DNA from: Bispira polyomma
Taxonomy: Eukaryota
Direction of reading: 5' to 3'
Assembly: GCA_965649765.1 (NCBI GenBank)
Contig: OZ287751.1
Coordinates: forward strand, 99,510,001 to 99,574,000
Length of the DNA: 64,000 bases
Position numbers and translations under genes: made by a program. Shown one piece after another: positions 11,707 to 22,407 of this stretch. A model generated the notes under the pieces. The model made no database searches. It had not been told where the DNA came from and was given only the letters and a program-made list of their open reading frames with translations. How positions within the stretch are numbered: the stretch's first letter is position 1; every line of letters starts with the position of its first letter.

Positions 11707-11742
11707 ACTTTTGTCATCAAATGTGTAATTTCAGGTCACAGT

Positions 11743-12720
11743 GTGGTGGAAAGTTTGCTGACCAGCCTTGCCTGTAGAAGGATGCATACAGCTCTGGCTC
11801 CGTCCACATCTTCTGCTTACAGCAGCATGTTTAAGATCTTCCTAGCCTTCACCATTTTTATGGCTTGGCCTAATGCTCAGGTGAATGTGTTTCAGTTACT
11901 TGCATTTCTTGAATTTTTGAGCTTTAACTGTGTGTCTCCTTCTCAGATTGCAAACTATCTTTCAGCTGTGAAGGCCAAGTGTATTCTGTTTCATTTAGAC
12001 GTTGAACCGTTTTCTGATCCAAGGATCTCGTATTACAGCAGGGCTTTGCTAGTAAACAGGCCTTTACAAGTAAAGCTGAAAAGTGTCTTCGATATCCCAT
12101 TAATGTTAAGTGTAGTACAAAAATGTCATTTAACTTACATGGGCCTGATATTTAAGGCTATGTATCTCACCAGTTTTTTTAGCTTTTTACGTCTCTCAAA
12201 TCTATGCCCTCATTCCATGGCCTCATTCTCACCGCTTAAACATCTGGCCAGGGGAGACGTGTTCTTCAAGCCTGGGTATGTACTGTTAATGATAAAGTGG
12301 AGCAAGACAATGCAGACTAAGGATGCTGTTAAACTACTGTCTCTTCCTGCTCTTCCGAATTCAGAGTTATGTCCGGTGGCTGCTCTGAGAGCTGTGTTGG
12401 CTGTATCTCGTGCTGGCAAGAATGCTTCTTTATTTCAATATAAAGTGAAAGATTCATGGGTTCCCATGACGGATAATCGAGTTAGACGGCATTTAAAAAA
12501 TATATTACAGATGCTGAATCTTCAGCACTCCAATTTAACTTTTCATTCTCTCCGGCGTTCAGGTGCCACGTTTGCGTTCAACAATAATGTTCCTCTACAG
12601 GATATTCAGCGACATGGCACCTGGACGTCGGACTGTGTTTGGCGTTATATTACTGATTCCGCTTTGGTTGGCACCCAGGTGGCTGACTCCTTTTCGGCTG
12701 CCCTACGAAGTACCTCCTAA
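11743..12720 (+). CDS. Tyrosine recombinase of element A
   Basis: 325 aa with the complete catalytic set: R (FLRLSNL), K (WSKT), HxxR (HSLRRSGA), HGTW, Y (WRY). ORF opens at GTG directly after a TTTCAG acceptor-like site. Confidence 0.95.
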   Translation: MVESLLTSLACRRMHTALAPSTSSAYSSMFKIFLAFTIFMAWPNAQVNVFQLLAFLEFLSFNCVSPSQIANYLSAVKAKCILFHLDVEPFSDPRISYYSRALLVNRPLQVKLKSVFDIPLMLSVVQKCHLTYMGLIFKAMYLTSFFSFLRLSNLCPHSMASFSPLKHLARGDVFFKPGYVLLMIKWSKTMQTKDAVKLLSLPALPNSELCPVAALRAVLAVSRAGKNASLFQYKVKDSWVPMTDNRVRRHLKNILQMLNLQHSNLTFHSLRRSGATFAFNNNVPLQDIQRHGTWTSDCVWRYITDSALVGTQVADSFSAALRSTS

Positions 12721-12832
12721 AATTTTTTGGGCTTGGTGGTTTAGATTTTTCCTCTCACCTAAAACTTTATAAATCTACATGTTTAAAACATGAAAAATAA
12801 ATGTCAATAAAATTAAATTATCACACTATATT

Positions 12833-13153
12833 GGGGCATAAGGTCACCCTCCTGTGGGGAGCACATAATGTACTCCTCCATCTAACTTTCTAAATCTTTG
12901 AATTTTAATTTCACTTAGAATTGCCTAAATTGTCTAAAATTTCAAATTTCATTAAACTTTAATTTATTCACTTAAACTTAAAATTATAGTATTCTTAAAC
13001 TTAAATTCCATTTATGGTCACCTTTTTCTGTTCCTAACTTATGGTCACCCTAACTTAAATTTGAAATCTCACTTAGGGTAACCTCATCTTGACAATTCCT
13101 TGTTCTATGGTGACCTTAAAATTTGTTGCTTTCTTAAGGTTACCTTATGCCCC
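12833..13153 (+). repeat. 3' palindromic repeat array of element A (GGTNACC core) enclosed by a 16-bp inverted repeat
   Basis: GGTNACC cores start at 12842, 13016, 13043, 13077, 13109 and 13138. GGGGCATAAGGTCACC (12833-12848) is complementary to GGTTACCTTATGCCCC (13138-13153) at 15/16 positions. Confidence 0.9.
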
Positions 13154-13300
13154 TCTTCTTAATGAGAAACTGTACATAGTAGTTTTAACCCTGTAGTGTA
13201 CTAATAAAATTATGAACCGCAATCTTTCTCTGTGTTGATAAATATATGAATAACTAGTTCATACCTGGTTCCTGGGAACTGTTATACTTGTTCATATAAT

Positions 13301-14345
13301 TTACACACGTGGACTTGGAGGATCTTTTGTCTCCCCGTTTTTTGACATTCTATTACATTCACATTGTTTGTGGGGCAGAAACCTTTTTAAAACAATACAA
13401 AACAAGCATGTTTCATCATTTTTTCCCCCTCTTCGTGATCTACATGAGAGCTGCAAGTGTTGTTATTAAACTTCAAACAAATGACTTCCTTTGTCCCTTG
13501 CTCCGCAGAATATTTACCCCACTGCTGATATTCGTTGCTTTGTAACGTGCGTTGCGAATTTTGCATGCGAATTCAATCGTCTCAAAATTTAGCCAAATAG
13601 ACTTGCCACGCTCCATGGTTTGGAGAACTACTCTATGAGCTTGTTTAACCATACCCCAGTTGGTCTCCATAGCATCCTGCATTAGCAGTTTTAAATATTC
13701 TAGCATATTGTCCTTGACCTTTTTACTGGTTTCTTCCTGTACACAACCAATGAACCCAAACATAAATTGGAAGGGGGTAAGCTCTTCGTACTTGGGATTT
13801 CTCCCACTGATACCAGTATAACAAAACTCATGGGGCCAACCCACGTGGGCCTTATTCTTTTGCTCATTAACACGTAATAAACCTGATTTAGTTTTGTTCG
13901 TACCTGAGTCCCCGTTCACAACCATGTAATTTCTTGATCTGTAACTGTACTTGCTTCTGGATCTCCTCGTTGTTCTTCAGAAACTGTGGATCTGGCATGA
14001 CACTGTCATTCTCTTCATCTGATGAATTCTCGTGAATAGTAGCTGCCTTTCTGGTAGACACGTGGAACCTTTTGGAGCCATGGCCACGCTTGGGTGAGCT
14101 TTGCAAGACAGCACTGAGAGAATGTTCATTCACCCCGTCTATTTTTGTCTCTAGACGTTTATTGTGCTCCTCAAGAGCAGCAATTTTTTTGTAAAATCAA
14201 AGTTAATGGATCAGCCCCTGTGGTCACAGACGTGGCCCGCTCAGTTGTCTAGTTTCTCCTGCAATTCCTCCCCACAGGATGCACGTGTAGTGGTTCTTTC
14301 CCCAACTTCTCACACGCTGTACAGTGAAACGTTCTCCTTCTAGAA
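13301..14345 (-). pseudogene. gag of element B (frameshifted)
   Basis: CTAC..HVHPVGRNC near 14330; ORF pieces 13888-14133 and 13473-13925 (WPHE, MLEYL..LMQDA..W); ends HKQCEC..SKN. Confidence 0.8.
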
Positions 14346-15747
14346 AATAAGAGAAGTCCTCTCTCCCGCAACAAAACCTGGCTTGTCAAATTGAATATCA
14401 GTTGCACAAGGCAGTAGTAAACTTAAAATCTTCGTCTGAATTTAGCCCGATATTCTACAATAACAGAGCTTTTTCCAAGCCCGACAAGCCACGCCTTGTT
14501 GCAGAAAAAGAACTGTTTCCTCAGCTATTGCTACCTTCACAATGACTAGTATTTGCACAGCCAAGCCCCACCCCAACATTTTGACCCAGTATTCAACCAT
14601 GTGCTAGAGCTGTAGACTTTTACTGAACAACTCAGATTTATTTTTAACCACTATTTCCTAAAACCTAAAACTTTCAAGTTTAAGGCTCTTTTGCTCATTC
14701 TGTACTAACTGAGGACAAAGTTCTTTAATTTTATGTTTCAACTGAAACTTGTTGCTAACTCAACACACCCATTATGGTAATATTTACAATTATTTGAATA
14801 TATGTTAGTATAGGGGCCAACCCAAAATCAGGCATTAAAATAAATAAGCTTTAAAATCTGGGAGTTATCAACAAACATGTATCTTAAACCATAACTGTAA
14901 ATGTTAATCCACTTGAATCAATAAAATATGTGTTATAACATAAGATTTCTGACAAAAACAAATTTAAAAGAGGGGGTAATCTAAACAGGAGGAGTAAATC
15001 AAAATCGAGTAGCAGTTAAGTTAAACTATTTACAAATCGGTGAGTTTTGTATTATATTGTATCACAATTTTTATTTTTGATTGCTGTTGAAAATAGATAG
15101 CACTAAATATAGTTTTTTAGTAAAAAACAACAACTCTGGTGTAGATATATTTAAAATTTGACACATTCGTTTAGTTCAAGGTATATAAGCTGTTTTGTGC
15201 GATTAAATCACATCAAAAATATACTACAATGAAATGATAGACTAAAGTCACAAGTGTATCTTGCTTTTTGGTATTTTGCAATGTCTTCAAAACAACAACA
15301 AAATGTAATAGAACATTTTTAAATATAACTGTATCTTGTTTACTATTTAATAGTAATGATAGCTAATACTTAATACAAATGAAAAATAAAATGAAATTGC
15401 AACTAGCTATACAAATAACTCAAAACATCATGAATCTGTCACAATTAAAAAGGGCATTTGAAAAATAAAGCAAATCCCAAATAAAAAAATATCTTTATGT
15501 ACTTGACCAGGAGGCAATTTTGAGTAGTCAGTTTAAGTTAAAGAAAACATAATGTTTATTGTTCCATCAGCCCAAGGCCCAAAGCTGTCATTTCCTACAA
15601 ACTTAAAGTGAGTTTTTAAGATTTCTATGTTGCAGTATTATTAAATAATTAACTTAGTATTAATAAACCCAAGCTAAATAGACCCGATGCACTGAGAAAA
15701 GAATATATCATTATTTCCATAACATATATTTTTGGTAGATATGTCTC

Positions 15748-16938
15748 TTAACATATTGTACTAGTAGTAGCCACACAAACTTCCAAAGAAGGTCCAGTTT
15801 TATTGCAGTCTTGGTTTAATTGCACATTTTCAGACCCTACCTCATCTTTCCGCACACAACATCCAAATGCCTTATTTAATGACTGCCTAAAAAGAGGATA
15901 AGTTATACTCAGTATGACTAGATTCACTGCCATCCCCGTGTTCACGTTCACAAGATACTCTGCCAGAAAAAGCCAGAGGCGAAAGTGAGAGCTGACATGC
16001 AATTTGTCTTGGGAGGCATAATTTTTTTTGATGAACTCCTTGTTGATGTAGAGCACTGTCTTCATCATATCGGCCGGAACTTGGCAGAGTAAAAAAACGA
16101 TAAAATACACAAAGGTTGCGTGCCTTAGCTGGGAACTGTCTGATTGGAAAAGTGGTGTAAGTTCACGTTGAGACTTATAAATTGCACGCAACATGAGTAA
16201 TAGTAAGATGCCAATGACTGCAAAGGGCACCGCATGGTTGGTAATGATTTCCAGTATCCGGACCTCAGGTTTATTGCGGAATTGTATTGGTAAAGGCACA
16301 CACAAGGGCCCCCTAGAGAGATATATCACTCCCACAGTAAGGCTGGTGTTTAGGTAGATTACTAAACTTACAACTACCATCAGGCAGATCACAATCCTCG
16401 CACGCATCACCGTACACATTCTGGGTGACTCTGATGGCCACGACATAGTAATATACCTATCCACGCATAGTGCAACGGCCAGCCATATGGACAGAAAAGA
16501 TGATATATTGCACAACATATCCACCAGCTGACAAAAAATTGGTCTATGGTAGATGTTATAGCCAAGAATGGTTAACCACTTCAGGAACAGCATAACAAGG
16601 TACAGGCCATTGGCGGTAGATATAGCGCAGAAATAGTGGCTCGATGAAAACTTTCTGAGCTGCAGGCCCATGGTTCCTATGGACGTGATCACATTAGCGA
16701 CTGTTCCTAGGACAACAAGAAGTGGTGTGTACCACACCTGAGTCTGGTGGACAATTTCTCCCAAAGAAGTTAAGCTGGCCGGTGTGTCCAATAGTGTATC
16801 AGCGATAGACCATACACTCTCTTCCTGGCCATAGCTGTTGTGAGACACAGTGGAAGGCTCTGCGGTGGTCACTAAGTGTGTTCCATTCTCCAGAACGGTT
16901 TGTGTAGACACAAATGATATATGGATATCCATGCTCAC
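15748..16938 (-). CDS. Class A (rhodopsin-like) GPCR, peptide-receptor-like orphan, uninterrupted CDS
   Basis: 396 aa with seven hydrophobic segments, TM1 GTVAN, conserved TM3 Cys (FCQL), DRY motif, ECL2 Cys, TM5/TM6 prolines and helix-8 FR. Acceptor-like TTTTAACCCCACAG ~210 nt upstream of the ATG. Confidence 0.9.
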   Translation of the reverse strand: MSMDIHISFVSTQTVLENGTHLVTTAEPSTVSHNSYGQEESVWSIADTLLDTPASLTSLGEIVHQTQVWYTPLLVVLGTVANVITSIGTMGLQLRKFSSSHYFCAISTANGLYLVMLFLKWLTILGYNIYHRPIFCQLVDMLCNISSFLSIWLAVALCVDRYITMSWPSESPRMCTVMRARIVICLMVVVSLVIYLNTSLTVGVIYLSRGPLCVPLPIQFRNKPEVRILEIITNHAVPFAVIGILLLLMLRAIYKSQRELTPLFQSDSSQLRHATFVYFIVFLLCQVPADMMKTVLYINKEFIKKNYASQDKLHVSSHFRLWLFLAEYLVNVNTGMAVNLVILSITYPLFRQSLNKAFGCCVRKDEVGSENVQLNQDCNKTGPSLEVCVATTSTIC

Positions 16939-17449
16939 AATGTTTTGGTTGTCTCAGCTATATCCTAATTCTACAAAATATTGAATATACCGGTATATGA
17001 TTTTTTTGAATATATCAAAAACAGTATAATAAAACCTCTATAAGCCAAACAAGAGGCAGAGTGAAAATGTGCTGGCAATAATGGCCTCAAGTATAATTTT
17101 TTGTTGACTGCTTGCCAACAGACAAGGAGTAACAAATGTTGCCGGCAACCTGTGGGGTTAAAATATATAAATCAGAGCAATTTGCATTGTAACCTGTTAA
17201 AATCAATATTGATCTGCCAAATGTCAGATGCTAAGTGGTCATTATCCTATATCAATTTGTAATAAACATTACAAGTATCAGCAATTTATCTGATACGTAT
17301 GGTCACATGTATCAACTTGTTATTGCACAAAACCTGTTATTAAAACTAAATTATCATTCCAATAGGTACAAAATAAAGTGTATTTCGAAGTGTAAATATA
17401 AGTCAATCTTGCCACCTTTATATTCACCACCTCAAGAGAATTAAAAAAC

Positions 17450-17870
17450 ATCTATCCCATTAAACTTCTCTAATCATAGCAAATGCACTCAACAGCAGTC
17501 GATTGGGCTACTGCAATTCTCTGATTCTTGGACTAAAGAAATTCCAGCTGCAAAGGTTACAGTCAATCCAGAATCACTTATCCAGAGTTGTGTACTGTGT
17601 TGGACCTCATTTGTCAAGTACCGCATCATTTTCAAGACTAATGTTGCTACATGCAAAGCTGGAAACCTGTGTCAGTCCCCCATATCTTGCCTTATTGTTG
17701 TCTTGCAGCAGGCTTACCAGATGGAACAAAATTTCAGTCTCTGATACTAAAACTAGTATATGGATTGGATTCAATGGCCTCTCTGTTCGCGCACCTATCC
17801 TGTGGAAAAAATTTACCAACCATTATAATATCCCAGAAAATCTTGTCTCACTTTGAAGATTCAATGGTTA
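17450..17870 (+). mobile_element. L2-type LINE 3' fragment
   Basis: SSRLGYCNSL, LQRLQSIQN, SVRAPILW remnants. Confidence 0.7.
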
Positions 17871-17879
17871 AATAAACTA

Positions 17880-19720
17880 ATAATGAAGCAGTGTAAACCA
17901 CCGACCTACAGCAGGTACCTCACAACTGTCCCACTGGATTCTAACCAACATTAGTGAGAAGCCAAAGGCTGTGAAGCAGGCTTTCCTAACTACTCGGCAA
18001 TAAGGGTCCCTTGATGGAAATCATAAACTACAATAGCCTTAGAGATTTTAATGGACTACTCTTTTTATGGTTATTTATGGTTAGTCACTTAAAATACCAT
18101 TGATTAAATGGTTGTTGAAGAGAGATCATCAGTATTTTTGTAATGACAATAACTATATTTCAAATCTGAAAAGGATCTGCTTTAGTTTGGTATATTTTCT
18201 CTGCAAAGGTTCAGAAATGGCCAGGTCCCATACAGAAGATGATGGTGCAAGTATGATAGGGAATGCTGGAGAATGCTGGATAATTTTGGATGATTTTGGA
18301 TAATTTTGATTTTTTATCATTCTACGTGAGGAGGGCGTAAACTTTTTTATGCTTCGATGCATGGGGAATTACAGAGGTATGTGAGGGGTAGAGAAGGGGT
18401 GGAAAAGAGGACAGAATGGCAAATAATCATGAGGGATTGGCTACCACTAGGAAGAAATTTAGGTTCACCGACATTTGCCATTAACATTTGTAAACGTTTA
18501 ATCAAACATTGTGGATAAGATAGACAAGGAATGGTGATATATAGGCAAATGTCTGTACGAAGAAATATATTTAAAAAAATAATTCACTAAAATTAATATA
18601 GACGTTTTCTGTAGTATGGCAGTGCTCCATATTATGTCACAATACAAAATCTTCTCTCTTCGGATTGTTTATAAACGTGACATTCTTACATAGATTTGAA
18701 TACAACAATTGTTGTATTGGTGTTTTGTTACTTTTTTAGCAAAGTATTGTAAATTGTTTTTACATATAAAAATGTAATTTTAAAGTCATTATAGTTGTCA
18801 GACAGACTAAAAATAAACATTCATAAAAATAGTATTCTTGATTCTGGGTGTGATTATGTGTTTACATTACTAAACCCTGTAATAGATGTGCAATTATGAA
18901 GTTAGAATAGTTTATAAAATGAAATATTGCTATTGCACTGATGTTAGCACTTAAAAATTATAAACAAGCTTATCAAAAATACTGTCTCGAAAACCGAAAC
19001 CTATTTTGTTCCTCCAAAACAGTGATGTCCATCAACACAATCCCTAAACATTGATCCATTATCACTTCACATTAATTGATATACCTTGTCATACCTAGGT
19101 ATATGCTATCCATTTTTAATTTCATTTCTAATTTATTTTCTAAATTAACAAAACTGAGAAAATGATTGAACTATTTCACACAGTCATATAGACGTCGTTT
19201 ATAGCTTTTTAAGTGCCAGAATACACTGTATGTTCTAATGCTGATATTAATTGTTCTTGAAGTGACACACACATAAAGGTCTCCATTACTTGTCTCTATC
19301 ACTACTCACACACACAATGAGCTGAGTGCTGCACTCCCAGGCACTTTCAAAGCACAGCATTAAACATGTCATTCCTTCCTTTAGTTTTCTACAGAATGAA
19401 TTGCAAGAGAGTGCTTATTAAATGTACACATTTTTATGTCTGTTGGGCCTAAGATATATCATAGGTTTTCCATTGGCTACTAGATTGTGCAGCCCTTGTC
19501 TGTGCAAAATGCATTGTAACTATTTCAGTTAAAACTATGACAACTGCACTGGTTTACTTTGTATTCCCCTGTAGTGCAGAGTCTTCCCTTGTTGGAAAGT
19601 CTACCGAGGTAGAAATTAATTTGGTCTGTTATATTTTTTCTCAAAGCATCCCTTTTATGTGAGCCTTGTACTGCAATTTTCTCTGGCTTTTAGTCCAGAC
19701 TTACGTAGCTGAATGTCCAG
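17880..19720. repeat. Diverged direct duplicate of 28900-31390
   Basis: Collinear shared blocks, e.g. TAAAGTCAT.ATAGTTGTCAGACAGACTA (18781/29891), ACACACAATGAGCTGA, CCCCTGTAGTGCAGAGT. Confidence 0.85.
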
Positions 19721-21144
19721 GTTCAATGCTCAGGGGGAGGAGTATACAGATCAATTACCCCAGGCTCAAGTTAGAGTACTGCATATTGCCAATGGCATTC
19801 AGCTATTGCAGCAGTTTCAGGATACATTTAACCATTTAGTCTGATGAACGTTTTAGTTATTTGTAGATGTATTTTGTCCACTGGGTTTTGATCATTTGTT
19901 GGGTCTATTGCTGTAATATTTCTGTAAATCAGTTTTTGGGATAACAAAACAAACCAACAAACATAGAATCAAGAGTAATCAAGAGTAAACATAATCTTCT
20001 TATCAGAGGTGATAACTTTACATTCTGTGTCTATAAAACAGTTTAATGAAATGTATCCTGGGAACACATAATTTACAATTTTACAGCCCTCATTTAAGTG
20101 GCCTTGTCCTCACCTCCACACAAACAGGTATTGAGTTGATTACCTTTCTTTGCTTTCTTACATAAAACATGAATTTACACCACTGCTTATATTTATCACA
20201 TTCTGTTTTTATTAACCTGCTTTAATTTTTATTGATAATGTGCTATACATTTATGGAGAAAATTAGGATTAACTTAATTAAATGTATTAATTAATGTATC
20301 AGATAAACTATATCAGAATTTATGCTTCTCTACCATGACATTTGGGGGTGATAGGAAACATTTACTGAGGTATGTACTCCATTCAGCACTGTTTGAGCTT
20401 ATGTATAGTTTGGAAAACAAGTGCAATACTGCATTTGTTAAACTATGCCAGAAATTAGTACTTTAAATCAAACATAAAGAGATTATACCCCCTCACTCTC
20501 TTTTACAAGATTAATATAGCAAACACCAGCTGCAGCTCAAAAAAATGGACCCATAAAAGATTAGCATGACAGGTGGTAGCTTACAGTGCTACAGTTTGCC
20601 TATCCAATTGCAGAGCATGGTGGTTTGTAGACCTAAGTTGTCTCTCACTGAAACAGCTGTTTTTTGCTGATGTGTGGCTGTTACCAAAAGTTTGTTTCTG
20701 ATAGCAAATTATTGAAGATGCGTATCGACATACTTACAGATACGCTTCAGTGTTTTGTTTTAGTTTGTACAAATATCAATCAGTATTATCATCCTAGTGG
20801 TTTACAATATATCTCACTGTACTATCTTAATTGTTTATCAAGTGATGTGTATCGATAGAGTTTTTATTAAGGATATAACAATATATTGGCAAATCAATAT
20901 ATCCAAATCTTTTTTTTTCAATCCAAAAATTGCAATACTAAATTGGAAAAGCTAGTACATCATAATTACAGTAAAATGTTTTATATATTGTCTGGAATTT
21001 TCTAGAAATAAAGTGTCACATTGTGCACAGTGCCCTGACCTTAGGATAGATAATCACCTTGGAATGAGACGACAGTTGGGATATATATCTTTAATCTATG
21101 ACTACACATGTATGCAACTGGTTAAAATTTTATCTTTAATATGA

Positions 21145-21350
21145 ATGAGGCCACTTTAGTGAGAATAGAGTTTAAGTTAAAGCTAGAATAAATGTGACTT
21201 TACGTCTACTTAAATTTTGAGTTTAAGTTTGAGTTTAAGTTTAACAGAATTTAAGGTAACCTTAACAAATTTACATACTTAAGATTGGCCTTAGCCTTAC
21301 ATGTGTCTAGTTAAGGTAACCCGATAATTTCGACTATAAGGTGGCTTAAA
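21145..21350. repeat. 3' palindrome array of element C
   Basis: Perfect TTAAGGTAACCTTAA at 21251-21265; variants at ~21149, 21280, 21311 and 21337. Confidence 0.8.
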
Positions 21351-21419
21351 ATAGATTAACAATTTGTAAAATTATAACATATACATATAGTAAAATAAGA
21401 CCATAACCCCAAGGCCCAA

Positions 21420-22407
21420 CTAGGAAGTAGAAGGGTTGAGAAGTGATTGAAGAGCCAGGGCGACCTGGTATGAGGCTAAGTGGTCTTCTGTTATGTATCT
21501 CCACACACATTCTGAAGACCAGATGCCCTGGCTCTGAATATCCTGTTGGGGGATGTGTGCATTAAAGGCCAAGGTTGCACCCGATCTGCGGAAAGTGTGA
21601 AAGGTAATGTTAGCTTGAGCTTTACCTAGTCTTACTAGAATGTCTTTAAGATTTAATCTAATTTTACTATCTATTAGTGGTGCCCACTGAGTGTTAGCTT
21701 TCACTTGGAATAATGGGGTATTTTTGGTACCCGCTGTGATTGAAAATAGTACTTTGAGAGCTCTGACAGGATAAATAATTTTGATTTGTAGTGAAGGAAT
21801 TTTAAAAACCTTAAATGTGTTTTTTGCCTGCAAGGTCTTTGTCCATTTGATAATTATGTGAGCGCCTGGAGGGCGAAGATGATGTCGGCCCTGGCTAGCT
21901 GATGTAATGGTAAATAGGCAGCTTGAGAATGAGGTACTAGATTTGAAATTCGAAAGGAAAGAGAAAAATGCTAATAGGTAAGCTGCTTTATATACTTGCC
22001 CCATATACATGGAGTCACAAATTGTGGAAATTTGTTGAAGTAACTCAATGTCAATAATTCCATTTGACTTTGCTGTATAGGGTTTTTGTAAGATGATGAC
22101 TTTCTGGAAATACTTTATTCTCTGATCAGAGAAGGCACAGATCTTCAGGCCATATAGTGCCATATTTGCCTCAATTGCAGATAGGTAATTTGAAACTGAA
22201 GTATGAGAAGTATTGTTGACTGCCAGAAACTCAAGAAACAATAGAATTGCAGTGGGTGTGATATTTTTAATACAAATGTTGGCAAAAAAAGTAAGCTAGG
22301 AATACTCTAAAACATAGCTGTATACGCTTTTTGTGTGGAGGGATGAAGGGCCTGGTGAGTTCTAGTGGTTGCTCTGTCTGCCAACTTTGATACCCAAGAT
22401 GGGGAGC
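21420..22407 (-). pseudogene. Tyrosine recombinase of element C
   Basis: KWTKT, FHTFRRSGA, CVWRY; local frameshifts around the first catalytic Arg. Confidence 0.85.

Larger units (their letters stand above)
7833..13281 (+). mobile_element. Tyrosine-recombinase retrotransposon copy A (DIRS/Ngaro-related), near-intact
   Basis: gag-like ORF, linker ORF, RT-RNase H ORF and YR ORF in order. Imperfect terminal inverted repeats CAGTTCGGGGTACCAG (7833) / CTGGTTCCTGGGAACTG (ends 13281). TATA-like box 5', AATAAA 3'. Confidence 0.92.
4062..14515 (-). mobile_element. YR retrotransposon copy B, interrupted by copy A
   Basis: gag relic at 13301-14345 and pol/YR at 4224-7832 lie on the same strand on either side of A. 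Termini approximate (GAACTG at 14510-14515; AAGTTCTG at ~4062). Confidence 0.8.

Noticed and set aside
4224-12720. A single bidirectional element with two RT-YR cassettes sharing one gag
   Set aside because: B has its own gag at 13301-14345, and its frame is restored by excising A; nesting explains the layout.
8007-12772. Antisense and alternate-frame ORFs overlapping element A (e.g. 8007-8315, 9188-9544, 9652-9972, 10848-11108)
   Set aside because: Short shadows of the real ORFs, with no motifs and no conservation in other copies.
12833-13153. Calling the palindrome arrays CRISPR arrays
   Set aside because: Repeats are only ~13-15 bp and degenerate, spacers are low-complexity and AT-rich, no cas genes are present, and the context is eukaryotic.
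13161-13192. Possible DIRS internal complementary region (GAGAAACTGTACATAGTAGTTTT)
   Set aside because: Only 5-6 nt resemble the termini; insufficient to call an ICR by eye.
21251-21350. Similarity of TTAAGGT(A/G).C to the 28S rDNA R2/homing-endonuclease target (TTAAGGTAGC)
   Set aside because: The match is very short, there is no rDNA context, and the motif here is a self-palindrome; probably coincidental.
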